From: a virus | DNA: 64,000 nucleotides | Direction: 5' to 3' (one strand) | Virus record (IMG/VR): IMGVR_UViG_3300045988_139196 | In this document: in pieces, positions 28,860 to 37,649 of the stretch | Numbering within the stretch: position 1 is the stretch's first letter | Layout: each line of letters begins with the position of its first letter | The notes under the pieces: model-generated | Seen by the model: the letters and a program-made list of their open reading frames with translations, nothing else | Database searches by the model: none | Told to the model about the DNA's origin: nothing | Made by a program: the position numbers and the translations under genes

Positions 28860-30029
28860 TTAAATCTTAGAAATAACTTCAAGAACCCTTTCAAGAGTCT
28901 TAATATCTGTAATCTTCTTCATTTCTGTTGACTTAACAGGCAGACTTTCGGCAGAAAGAGCCTCCTTTGCCTTTGTCTTACCGACAGGATTAAGACTTTT
29001 CATAACGGCTGAAATCTTATCAAGAAGTTCTGTTGTCTGATTTTCGGCAGAGTTTTCATTTGTTTCAATACTATCAACTGGTTCTCCAACCTTGCCCATA
29101 ACTTCCTTTGTATAAATATCCTGCTCAATATCGACAGCCTTTGTGAGATCATTCTTAACAGAAAACTCTTTCTTGTCCTTTGTTCTATCAATAATCACCT
29201 GCCAATCAACAAGTGACAAATCTTCAACTGTTTCCTTGTCGTGGACACCTGTTCTGTCCTTGCTGATATACGCACAGAAATTGTTATCCTCATTAATGTA
29301 CATTCTTACAACAGTTTTAACATTATAGTTCATCTGCTTAAAGCCGTCAGGAATTTTTCTGCCTGTTGCAACACTTGTAATCTTGCCGTCATCACCCTTT
29401 ACTGAAACCTTTTCGTCTGTTTCTCTTGCGGTCACAATAAAGTGTGCGCCACAAGACATAAGATCAAGTATCAAGTCCTGTCCCTTAAAATTGATTGTCT
29501 GATAATCACGAAGTTCCAATCCTGCATTTTCAATGGCAACAAGTTTTTCATCACCAATAAGCTCTTTCTTCTTTGCCTTAACGCCATTTCTCTTTTTAGA
29601 CAGCTCCACGAGTGCCTGCTTAGTTGTTAGGTTAAGAATAGTTGTACCATCAACTACAATAGCATCAGCTCTGAATGGGTTACCATCTCCGTCAAGTACA
29701 ATTTCATCTGTTTCATTACCCTCGTCATCGAGAACGTGAAAATCTTCCTTGTTCTTAACTTTATTTATGTATTCTCTTGTTTCACCGAGAGACTGCGTGT
29801 ACACGATATAAATATTCTCAGTGTTAATGCCATCAGCTTCAAGTCCACCGATAAAATCATCAATAGAGCCGTTCTCATTATCTATGTAAAGAACTCTAAA
29901 CGGCTTGCCGTCAGGTCTTTTAAAATAAGCAAGCTGCAAGGCAAGCGTTGACTTGCCTGTACCTTCTTCTCCAAAAAGTATCATCTGAAGCTTACTCTGT
30001 GTCTGTGCTGCTTTTCTTGCTCTAGCCAT
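28860..30029 (-). CDS. Sak4-like / RecA-fold AAA ATPase
   Basis: Walker A GEEGTGKST and Walker B-like VVDGTT. Confidence 0.6.
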   Translation of the reverse strand: MARARKAAQTQSKLQMILFGEEGTGKSTLALQLAYFKRPDGKPFRVLYIDNENGSIDDFIGGLEADGINTENIYIVYTQSLGETREYINKVKNKEDFHVLDDEGNETDEIVLDGDGNPFRADAIVVDGTTILNLTTKQALVELSKKRNGVKAKKKELIGDEKLVAIENAGLELRDYQTINFKGQDLILDLMSCGAHFIVTARETDEKVSVKGDDGKITSVATGRKIPDGFKQMNYNVKTVVRMYINEDNNFCAYISKDRTGVHDKETVEDLSLVDWQVIIDRTKDKKEFSVKNDLTKAVDIEQDIYTKEVMGKVGEPVDSIETNENSAENQTTELLDKISAVMKSLNPVGKTKAKEALSAESLPVKSTEMKKITDIKTLERVLEVISKI

Positions 30030-30086
30030 ATTTTTATCTCCTTTTATTTTATCGTTTCGTTATCAATAATGGTTAGTAATAACAAT

Positions 30087-31130
30087 TTACCACTCATCGT
30101 CCTCGTCTGTCAGATCATTGTCTGAAACAGAACCCCAGTCATTATCATCAGAGCCAAAGTCCTTATTTGCATTTTCGGTAGCCTTTGTCTTTGCCACAGC
30201 CTTGTCAATTATCTCCTCCGAATATAGCTCTGTATCTACGCTATCCTTATCAGCTCCGGTAATCAGAAGTATTCTCTTTGTTGGATTGTTTACTCTATCC
30301 ATAGGGTTGCTTTCGCCCCAACCGTCATCATCATCTTCCTCAATTTCTTCAATATCATGTTCTATCACAATATCACCAAAGACCTTGAGGGCTGTATATG
30401 GCTTGAGCTTTCTTAGAGTGCTTGCAAACTTTGATTTACTCTTGTCAATAACGAACTCCGCATCTTCTATAAAATTGTAAGTTACAATCTTTGCAGATAC
30501 AGTGAAGTTACCCTCGTCATTCTTTTCAATGCCCATGAACACGATGACCTGCTCGAAATTGCCAATTACATTGAAGTCCTCTGCATCAAAATCTACGTCC
30601 TTGCAAAGTGAAATCTGTGACGGAACAAATCTGGTCTGGTGTCTATCCTGATAGGTGGAAAACTCATTCTTTCCTCTGACAAATACGGACATACCGTCCT
30701 TTGCATTATCTGCTATGTACTTACAAGCATCATATTCGACAAGTATTTTCTTATCATTTCCTTCCTTGCCCATTGAGTCAACCACCTTTGTCAAGCCAAG
30801 ATTAATTCCAATAGGTCTAAAGTCCTTTTTGTTAAATGTAAATCTGTCAGCCCACTTTACCTTTTCTGTTGTTGTCTTTCTATCCTTACCTTTGCCCTCG
30901 GTCTTAGAAAAATATACTACGTCTCTTTCCATACCATTAAGGTTTATGTATACAGACTTATTCTTATCAATTTCAACTCCTACATTAACCATTCTCATAG
31001 GCTTGCCTGTAGAGGTTGTCAACTCCGTATAGAACTTGTCCTTATCACAGCCTGTCAGCTTACCTCTGATCTGAAAACTGCCCTTTGTTTCCTGAAGTCC
31101 AAGACCCTTATTATTTTTCTTTTCAGCCAT
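30087..31130 (-). CDS. putative single-stranded DNA-binding protein
   Basis: Highly acidic C-terminal tail ..DNDLTDEDDEW, typical of SSB tips. Position in the replication module supports the call. Confidence 0.45.
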   Translation of the reverse strand: MAEKKNNKGLGLQETKGSFQIRGKLTGCDKDKFYTELTTSTGKPMRMVNVGVEIDKNKSVYINLNGMERDVVYFSKTEGKGKDRKTTTEKVKWADRFTFNKKDFRPIGINLGLTKVVDSMGKEGNDKKILVEYDACKYIADNAKDGMSVFVRGKNEFSTYQDRHQTRFVPSQISLCKDVDFDAEDFNVIGNFEQVIVFMGIEKNDEGNFTVSAKIVTYNFIEDAEFVIDKSKSKFASTLRKLKPYTALKVFGDIVIEHDIEEIEEDDDDGWGESNPMDRVNNPTKRILLITGADKDSVDTELYSEEIIDKAVAKTKATENANKDFGSDDNDWGSVSDNDLTDEDDEW

Positions 31131-31167
31131 ATTTTTATCTCCTTTTATTTATCAGATTTTGTTGTCA

Positions 31168-31195
31168 AATAAAATTATCATAATAAAATTATCAT
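31168..31195. repeat. perfect 14-nt tandem duplication AATAAAATTATCAT x2 upstream of the SSB-like gene
   Basis: Read directly at 31168-31181 and 31182-31195. Confidence 0.8.
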
Positions 31196-31249
31196 TTTGT
31201 GAACTCAAAATCACACCATCTTATCATGCCTTCTTTCTTATCGTTGATA

Positions 31250-31870
31250 CTACTTTGTGTTCATGTTGTCAAGTTCTTCATGTAACGCAATTCCGAAATT
31301 ATTCAGTGACTCTGCTACCCATGTATCAGCAATATCATATCTATGGATCAAATTATATATTGCCTTATTTACATCAGAGTGCGAAAACTGCTTATCGCAT
31401 CTATACTCAGATTTTTCTTTAGGGTTTATTTTAGTATCAAAAAAACGTATCTCTTTATTATCACAACTAGCGTTAGGAAAATATATTCTAGCCAAGGCAA
31501 GCAAAGCACCAATATATGCACTATATGTATCATCAGAACAACATTTTGAAGTGCCAACTCTTACTACCTTGCCGTATTCTTTCATTTTGGCAACCGTTGT
31601 CTTGTCGTGGAAAGTAATCTGAATTTCACGGTCAATATCAGACGATATTTTTTTTAGACAATTGGCAAAGTTACTATAAATATAAAACATACCATCGCCG
31701 CCACCACCATTTGGCTTAATTGTTTGGTATCTAATCATTCTCTTGTTGTTTACATACTCTATTGTTCTAATCCTTATTACGTTTCCAGTTTCGGTCATTC
31801 TATTACCGAAACTATCTAAACCAACCCGATAAAGTTCTCCAATCTTAAATTTTCTTTTGTTCATGCTCAT
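31250..31870 (-). CDS. hypothetical protein
   Basis: ORF with AAGGAG upstream. Confidence 0.55.
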   Translation of the reverse strand: MSMNKRKFKIGELYRVGLDSFGNRMTETGNVIRIRTIEYVNNKRMIRYQTIKPNGGGGDGMFYIYSNFANCLKKISSDIDREIQITFHDKTTVAKMKEYGKVVRVGTSKCCSDDTYSAYIGALLALARIYFPNASCDNKEIRFFDTKINPKEKSEYRCDKQFSHSDVNKAIYNLIHRYDIADTWVAESLNNFGIALHEELDNMNTK

Positions 31871-31993
31871 TAAACTCCTTTATTTTTTTCTATGATAAAA
31901 TGTGTATTTGAACGCTCTTTTTAGAGCGGAATTAAAAATAAAATCTATGTCAACAGCATGGCTGCTGGTTGCTGAAACATTGTAGTAAACACT

Positions 31994-32395
31994 CTAACGA
32001 AGAATGTGCCAAGGTAGATTATTCTTACTACAAAACAATAATTCATTCCATATTTGTTGTGATATTATCTCAATATCAGGATGTTTACGCATTTGCTCAA
32101 ATATTTCCTTTGTTTCTTCAACCGTAAATTTGCCATAAACATTCTGAAACCACTTTGCCAATGTTTTATTAGTATCTTTCGGAAATAAAAATTTAAGTTC
32201 ATCTGCTTTTAAAATGCTATATGTACCAAAGATATTGTAAAACATATTATGCTTTGAATTAAATCTAGCTACATCAGTTTCCCTTGTTCTAAGATTATCT
32301 GTCTTAACCGCACCAAATATCTCTGCAACTGCACATAACTCTTTATCAAAACGACCATAACTCGCACTACCACTATATTTATAATCCATACCCAT
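31994..32395 (-). CDS. hypothetical protein
   Basis: ORF only. Confidence 0.5.
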   Translation of the reverse strand: MGMDYKYSGSASYGRFDKELCAVAEIFGAVKTDNLRTRETDVARFNSKHNMFYNIFGTYSILKADELKFLFPKDTNKTLAKWFQNVYGKFTVEETKEIFEQMRKHPDIEIISQQIWNELLFCSKNNLPWHILR

Positions 32396-32403
32396 ATAAT
32401 CAC

Positions 32404-32898
32404 CTACTTTACAAGTTCAAAATATTTTACGAAATCTTCCCAAACAATGTTTATTGTACCGCCTAATATATTAGTTTCATATTTAGGTTTCCAAGCAATG
32501 GGGCGTAAAGCAACATAAATAATAGTTATATATTCATTAATGGGTATAATCTTTGTATATGAAAAGAGTATGTCAATAGTAAATTCAGTATTTGTTGGTA
32601 TTGTTTCTATAAAAGCACCCTCAAAAATAGAGTCATTAAAAATATAATCTTTAATACATCTATATTTTCTTCCTTTTATATATTTATTAACAACATTAAG
32701 ATAGTCATTCTTTTCGCCATATCTCTTTAATTCTCTATCTGTTGCCCATCTTCTTGTATTATCAGAAAGGTCTACAAGATAATTGTCATTTATATAATAA
32801 ACAACTTTACCTATCATAGGCTTGGTAAAAGAACTTACATATATTACTTTATCTCCTATATCATATCCACTAAATCTATCATATCCACTAAATCTCAT
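32404..32898 (-). CDS. hypothetical protein (starts MRFSGYDRFSGYD)
   Basis: The ATG at 32898 follows GGAGGG. An 18-nt perfect tandem duplication (32859-32894) encodes RFSGYD twice. Confidence 0.5.
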   Translation of the reverse strand: MRFSGYDRFSGYDIGDKVIYVSSFTKPMIGKVVYYINDNYLVDLSDNTRRWATDRELKRYGEKNDYLNVVNKYIKGRKYRCIKDYIFNDSIFEGAFIETIPTNTEFTIDILFSYTKIIPINEYITIIYVALRPIAWKPKYETNILGGTINIVWEDFVKYFELVK

Positions 32899-32900
32899 TT

Positions 32901-33371
32901 TTACCCTCCAAAATAAAGCCACCACTTAGAAGCTTTTGCATTTATCTGCTTTTCCTTCAACTCAGTTATCTTCTTATTATTATCTTGATACACCTTTATC
33001 TGTTTCTTTACGAGTTCATCTGATTTTAAATCAGGATAAAGGCTTACAAGAGTAATAGAACTTTCAGAAGAAGTCATTGCATATGTATCACTTTCATATT
33101 CTTGATACTGCTTTACAACTGTATCAATTTGTTCTTCAATTTGATTATTTTGTTGTTCGTACATAGTAATCATTTCTACTGTATATTTAGATTTTACAAC
33201 CGAAGCTGTAAATCCTAATGTTGCAAATAAACAAGTAATTGTTGTAAAACTGAACAGGATTAAAGAAGTAAACCAACCTGCTGTATCCTTTCCAGCTTCA
33301 TTACCTTTCTTATTAAATATTATAGAAATAATAAGCATAGTGATTGATATAATAAATAAAAGTATAATCAT
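32901..33371 (-). CDS. membrane protein (2 TM helices plus coiled-coil tail)
   Basis: Hydrophobic N-terminal segments. Confidence 0.55.
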   Translation of the reverse strand: MIILLFIISITMLIISIIFNKKGNEAGKDTAGWFTSLILFSFTTITCLFATLGFTASVVKSKYTVEMITMYEQQNNQIEEQIDTVVKQYQEYESDTYAMTSSESSITLVSLYPDLKSDELVKKQIKVYQDNNKKITELKEKQINAKASKWWLYFGG

Positions 33372-33458
33372 ATATAATTCTCCTCATATGTAAAATGTAA
33401 ACTAAGTGATAGTTTGTGTATAAATTGTGTATAAAAGATGAGATATGCGTTAATGGCG

Positions 33459-33487
33459 TTGACAAGTTAATTGACCCATGTTATAAT
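33459..33487 (+). promoter_or_regulatory. consensus sigma-A-type promoter with extended -10
   Basis: TTGACA (33459-33464), 17 nt, then TGtTATAAT (the -10 is 33482-33487). Confidence 0.75.
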
Positions 33488-33534
33488 AAAACAAAAAGGT
33501 AAACAACTTGAAGTAAACAAAAGGTGGTGAAAAT

Positions 33535-33696
33535 ATGTTAGAAATATTCAATAGTTTACTAAGTGTAATATTGTTTATAGGCAATATGTGTAAACAACTA
33601 ATAATCAACGTTCCATTCTTGGGATTTGTTCTTATTGCCCCGATCGTAACAGGTATCTTTAAATTTATAAACCACAAAGTCAATAAATACATCTAA
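33535..33696 (+). CDS. 53-aa hydrophobic peptide (type I toxin-like or small membrane protein)
   Basis: Unlisted ORF MLEIFNSLLSVILFIGNMCKQLIINVPFLGFVLIAPIVTGIFKFINHKVNKYI. SD AAAGGTGGTGA lies 5 nt upstream. It has its own promoter and terminator and runs opposite to all neighbours. Confidence 0.65.
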   Translation: MLEIFNSLLSVILFIGNMCKQLIINVPFLGFVLIAPIVTGIFKFINHKVNKYI

Positions 33697-33707
33697 TATT
33701 CATTCGT

Positions 33708-33738
33708 AAGCCACTCTTTTGAGTGGCTTATTTTTTTG
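33708..33738 (+). terminator. intrinsic terminator
   Basis: AAGCCACTC-TTTT-GAGTGGCTT followed by ATTTTTTTG. Confidence 0.75.
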
Positions 33739-33739
33739 T

Positions 33740-34009
33740 TTATTCATCGCCACAGACCCAATTTTTCAGTTCGTCTGCTGATTTCTCGCACGTTGGTTTC
33801 ATCTTAAAGAATTTCCAATGTGAACCATAGTCCACCATAAGTTCCATATCTTTAAACCAATAACGCCTATAGCGTTCTACATTACACAATGCGTTGTCTA
33901 TGATGTAATCATTAATAGCCTGATTACATTCTTGTGGAGTTTTGTAACTCCCTATAATCTTTTTGCTTATACTTTTCTCACCGTATTTCATCAAGTAAAG
34001 TTTAATCAT
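33740..34009 (-). CDS. hypothetical protein
   Basis: ORF only. Confidence 0.5.
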   Translation of the reverse strand: MIKLYLMKYGEKSISKKIIGSYKTPQECNQAINDYIIDNALCNVERYRRYWFKDMELMVDYGSHWKFFKMKPTCEKSADELKNWVCGDE

Positions 34010-34073
34010 TTTATCACCACCTTTGTTTTACGTTATTTTATATTTGTAACCTAAAATACGTTACAAAATATTT

Positions 34074-34149
34074 TGGTTGGACTAGCTGGATTCGAACCAG
34101 CGGAATGAGAGAGTCAAAGTCTCTTGCCTTACCACTTGGCTATAGTCCA
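34074..34149 (-). tRNA. tRNA-Gln (UUG), CCA encoded
   Basis: Hand-folded cloverleaf: acceptor TGGACTA/TAGTCCA, anticodon stem AGAGA/TCTCT, loop CTTTGAC, T-arm GGTTCGAATCC. Confidence 0.85.
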
Positions 34150-34262
34150 ATATTAGCACTGCTTTCACAGTGCTTTTTGTTCACCTGCCTTTACAAATCA
34201 GTTTGCAATTTGTAATCAACTAATCGATGAACCGTTATCGTTGTCGGCAACCGTAACCGACT

Positions 34263-34338
34263 TGGTGCAACTTAGGGGACTCGAACCCCTGACCCTTTGA
34301 TTAAAAGTCAAATGCTCTACCAACTGAGCTAAAGTTGC
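34263..34338 (-). tRNA. tRNA-Lys (UUU), CCA encoded
   Basis: Acceptor GCAACTT/AAGTTGC, D-arm AGCTCAGTTGGTAGAGC, loop CTTTTAA, T-arm GGTTCGAGTCC. Confidence 0.85.
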
Positions 34339-34429
34339 AAGTGCAGGTATCACACTACATTCCCTTATGGTGGGATAAGCTCTGTACCTGCTATGCCAAT
34401 TTGCTTTGTACGGCATTGGCAAACTGTAC

Positions 34430-34514
34430 TGGTGTCACTGACGAGACTCGAACTCGCATGGATTTTTCCGAGGAATTTTAAGTTCCTTGTGTATACCTAT
34501 TCCACCACAGTGAC
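34430..34514 (-). tRNA. tRNA-Leu (UAA), long variable arm, CCA encoded
   Basis: Acceptor GTCACTG/CAGTGAC, anticodon stem AGGAA/TTCCT, loop CTTAAAA, a 13-nt variable region, T-arm GAGTTCGAGTCTC. Confidence 0.8.
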
Positions 34515-34532
34515 ACGTCTTATGTTAATTCT

Positions 34533-34589
34533 ACCGTGCTACATTTGAGATTATGATTATAGTATACTACTACTTTTGAGATGTGTCAA
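34533..34589 (-). promoter_or_regulatory. conserved promoter/operator, copy B (drives the tRNA cluster)
   Basis: On the minus strand: TTGACA (34589-34584), 17 nt, TATACT (34566-34561). Boxes TCTCAAAAGTAG (34570-34581) and TCTCAAATGTAG (34539-34550). Confidence 0.7.
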
Positions 34590-34675
34590 CATGTATAGAC
34601 CAAAGTTTACAAAATATTAATAATTATAGATAATAAAAAAACGAGACCTTAACGATCTCGTTTCTGTGTTAAAAT

Positions 34676-35677
34676 TTAGATTTTTGATCTCTTAGAACAT
34701 TGCTCCAAATATATTTTATATTCTTGCACAATACCCTTACGAGTTAAATTATAATCAAAGAAATCTAATGCTTGACTCAAGTTCTTGCCATTCTTACCCC
34801 CAATATCTTCCGTTCTGTACACGTTTAATAAATATTTATTCGCTCTATAAAAGAAACCCGATTTACTGATAATATTTAATTTCAGGTAGATTTTTGGCAC
34901 AATAATTCTCCTAATACTATTAACAACATTAACCGAGCTAGTGCCACTGGATATAGGACGAAATAAATAATCATTTGTGTTATATGCTTTTGATATGTTA
35001 GTATTATTATATGTGGTTACATCTCTCGATTTACCACAGATATTTTGCGGTTCTTTCCCAAAATGCAATGAATAAATATTATTACATAACTCTTTATGCA
35101 GCATATTAGATACATCTGAAAAATATTCAGAGGTTAAATCTATTGTTTGCCTTTTCCCATTCTGCTGTTTTACCCATAGAACCTGCCTATCAATATCGTA
35201 GTCGCCTTTTTTTATTTTAGATAAAGCACTTTTTGGAACTCCAATCCATAATAAATGGCACATTAACTTGATGTAACAGGAATACGCACTTACCTCTACT
35301 GACCATATGTCTATATCAGGGTTATTCATCGCCTTGTCAATAGCATCATTCAGTTCTTCAATATCAGTGATAAAATTTACTTGAAATTGTATATCTTCAA
35401 TATCGCAATTTATATCTGCAAAACTGAGCCAACTCTTTAGCAGCATTTTACTGATCCTAAAACTACCAAGAGTCGAATTATCTTTTAAAAAGTTAGCAAT
35501 ATTATCATGAAGTGTCTTTTCTTCATTGTATTTTTTCAAAAAACTGTTCAAAGTTGATGCTTTTTTCTTTAACGTTGTATCGCTGGTAATATTCGCTTCC
35601 TTTTCGATATATTGATGTATCGAAAATTCCAACTCTTCTTTTGTCATAATAAAACCGTCCTTCCGAATATAATACAT
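34676..35677 (-). CDS. hypothetical 333-aa protein downstream of mazF-like gene
   Basis: ORF only. A faint integrase-like segment (LLWIGVPKSAL..IDR) has no catalytic motifs. Confidence 0.5.
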   Translation of the reverse strand: MYYIRKDGFIMTKEELEFSIHQYIEKEANITSDTTLKKKASTLNSFLKKYNEEKTLHDNIANFLKDNSTLGSFRISKMLLKSWLSFADINCDIEDIQFQVNFITDIEELNDAIDKAMNNPDIDIWSVEVSAYSCYIKLMCHLLWIGVPKSALSKIKKGDYDIDRQVLWVKQQNGKRQTIDLTSEYFSDVSNMLHKELCNNIYSLHFGKEPQNICGKSRDVTTYNNTNISKAYNTNDYLFRPISSGTSSVNVVNSIRRIIVPKIYLKLNIISKSGFFYRANKYLLNVYRTEDIGGKNGKNLSQALDFFDYNLTRKGIVQEYKIYLEQCSKRSKI

Positions 35678-35753
35678 ATAACAAAAAGCAATCTATTATA
35701 GGAAAATATTGTACTAATTATTATATGTATTATACCAAAAAAACGGTTAAAAG

Positions 35754-36179
35754 TCAAGCTAGTTTTTGGTTAGCACTAACATCGTGTGAAGTTAATGCAA
35801 GAGAAATGCAAATTGCTTGAGAGATTCTTCTCATTTCATTCGGAGTTAAGTGACCCAAATAATTAACTATCTTTGTCTTGCTAATCGTAGCAAGTTGTTC
35901 ACATAGAACGACGCTTGTTTTAGCCACTCCACTCGTTTTGTTAAGCAGGACATGAGTAGGGAAGTATGTTTTATTTTTTGAAACATTTGATGTTAGCGGT
36001 GCGACTATTAAACATGGTGAATATTTATTTCCAATGTTATTTTGCACAACTATTGCTGGACGCACCCCTGCCTGTACAGAACCTCCTACATCAGGAAAGC
36101 TTACCAAAATCAAATCTCCTCTTGTTATCTCTCTGTCACATATTTTTGTGTTATTTTCTTTAAAACAAATTTTTTCCAT
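35754..36179 (-). CDS. mazF: MazF/PemK-family endoribonuclease toxin-like protein
   Basis: GDLILVSFP..GVRPAIVVQNN..LIVAPLTS..THV..CEQLATISK pattern. The ATG at 36179 follows AGGAGG. Confidence 0.8.
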   Translation of the reverse strand: MEKICFKENNTKICDREITRGDLILVSFPDVGGSVQAGVRPAIVVQNNIGNKYSPCLIVAPLTSNVSKNKTYFPTHVLLNKTSGVAKTSVVLCEQLATISKTKIVNYLGHLTPNEMRRISQAICISLALTSHDVSANQKLA

Positions 36180-36305
36180 AAACAACGTCCTCCTTTCTTT
36201 TTATTTAACGTTTTGTTGTTGTCGTTGTTTATTTTTCTTCTTTTTCTATATTATAACCGTACAACTTTTAATATTCATTGTATTTTGATGAATATAATGT
36301 TAAAT

Positions 36306-37166
36306 CTATCTTAATATTTCCATTGAGCCTAAATCATTTCCAAACATAGAAATATTAAGCGTTGCTATCTTTTCTCTTTTCTCAAAAATATTACACAAAT
36401 TAATGATAATTGGCTCTATGTAGCTTTTCTTGTAAAACATATCTGCATTAAATTTGCTCAAGCATCTATTCTCTTGCAAACTCCACAAGCCAATAAAACA
36501 TTTCTTATGCAGCTTGTCATACATTATATAGGGTGTAGCGGCTCGATTATGGTCAACAGCCAAAGTTCCGCAATCGAGTATTTCGCATAGCTTATCTATA
36601 TTTAGCAATTCAAAATATAGATATTGCAAGTTACTGATCTGACTCTTATTAAGATTGCCTAGTGCATATGTGTCGATAAGTAATGTAATCTTATCATTCT
36701 CAACGCTTGACCTAGTTTCATCAATATAATCTTCTTTCAGTAATTCCGTAATTTCAACCCACTGCTTTTTCTCTAGCGGAAAGAGTGGCATAGAAGCCAC
36801 TAAACGTTCAGGAACGTATCGGCAGGAAATAGTTAAAGTGACATCATGTATTCCTATTATAATAGTATCTCTTGCAATGCTTATAATAGCTGATGAAAAG
36901 TCATATTCAAGCCGACCAATCGTCATGCAGTAATCAAGTAGAACTAAATCTTGTGTCCTGTCTAGCTCCAAGCATAGAAAACCATGATCTATCCCACAAA
37001 TATCTTGTAAATCCTCAAAACCACCCCTATATTCTTCTTTAATAATTGGATTGTCAGTTAGCTTCAGAGCTGTTCCGTATATTTTGTCATTATTTTTGTT
37101 GTTTGTAAGTATAAATTCGTTATAGCATTTATTGCATACTAATTTTATTAATTCTTGTAAGACCAT
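36306..37166 (-). CDS. hypothetical 286-aa protein (first gene of the mazF-containing cassette)
   Basis: ORF only. It has its own promoter with a palindromic operator. Confidence 0.55.
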   Translation of the reverse strand: MVLQELIKLVCNKCYNEFILTNNKNNDKIYGTALKLTDNPIIKEEYRGGFEDLQDICGIDHGFLCLELDRTQDLVLLDYCMTIGRLEYDFSSAIISIARDTIIIGIHDVTLTISCRYVPERLVASMPLFPLEKKQWVEITELLKEDYIDETRSSVENDKITLLIDTYALGNLNKSQISNLQYLYFELLNIDKLCEILDCGTLAVDHNRAATPYIMYDKLHKKCFIGLWSLQENRCLSKFNADMFYKKSYIEPIIINLCNIFEKREKIATLNISMFGNDLGSMEILR

Positions 37167-37201
37167 TTTTACAACTCCCTTTTAATTTTAATCTTTGTAA
37201 A

Positions 37202-37255
37202 AGAACATCTGTTCTAATATGCTTATACTATACTATAAAACAAATGTTCTGTCAA
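37202..37255 (-). promoter_or_regulatory. promoter with GAAC-N4-GTTC (Cheo/LexA-box-like) palindrome
   Basis: On the minus strand: TTGACA (37255-37250), 17 nt, TATAGT (37232-37227). The perfect palindrome AGAACATCTGTTCT (37202-37215) lies just downstream, and a half-site GAACATTTGTTT lies in the spacer. Confidence 0.6.
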
Positions 37256-37399
37256 GTGATTTATGTCCATTATTTTGTACAGTATATTTTACCACACAAT
37301 TAAGGTAAATATTAGTAAAACTAATTCCCACTGCCTTAATTTTATCACCATTCAATACTTAAATCAATGATAAATTATTCCCAAAAATAAATACACGAT

Positions 37400-37582
37400 T
37401 TAACAGCGACAATAGTTTCTTCGGAAGTTCCATACAATTCCGATATAAACTTCTTTTCGGGTTGATGGGAATGAAAAAGACTCTCCATTCTCATTTACCC
37501 ATATCTCATGCGACCCCTTACCTCTGCGTGAGTATGAAAACCCACGCTCGGCAAGCAGTCTTTTAAATTTGTTTATGTTCAT
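37400..37582 (-). CDS. hicA: HicA-like protein
   Basis: KRLLAERGFSYSRRGKGSHEIWVNENGESFSFP matches the HicA/YcfA pattern. Start MNINKF is at 37582. Confidence 0.65.
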   Translation of the reverse strand: MNINKFKRLLAERGFSYSRRGKGSHEIWVNENGESFSFPSTRKEVYIGIVWNFRRNYCRC

Positions 37583-37649
37583 TTTGTTGTTGTTCCTTTC
37601 TTTTCTAATTTTTGCAAGATTTGAAAACAAAACTTGCATTTTATTTACT

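Noticed and set aside
33450-33692. Listed 80-aa minus-strand ORF
   Set aside because: It is the mirror image of the plus-strand 53-aa gene, which has a consensus promoter, SD and terminator. The minus ORF has no SD and an odd composition.
34216-34422. Listed 68-aa minus-strand ORF
   Set aside because: It overlaps tRNA-Lys and the tRNA spacers, so it is an artefact of an open frame across structured RNA genes.
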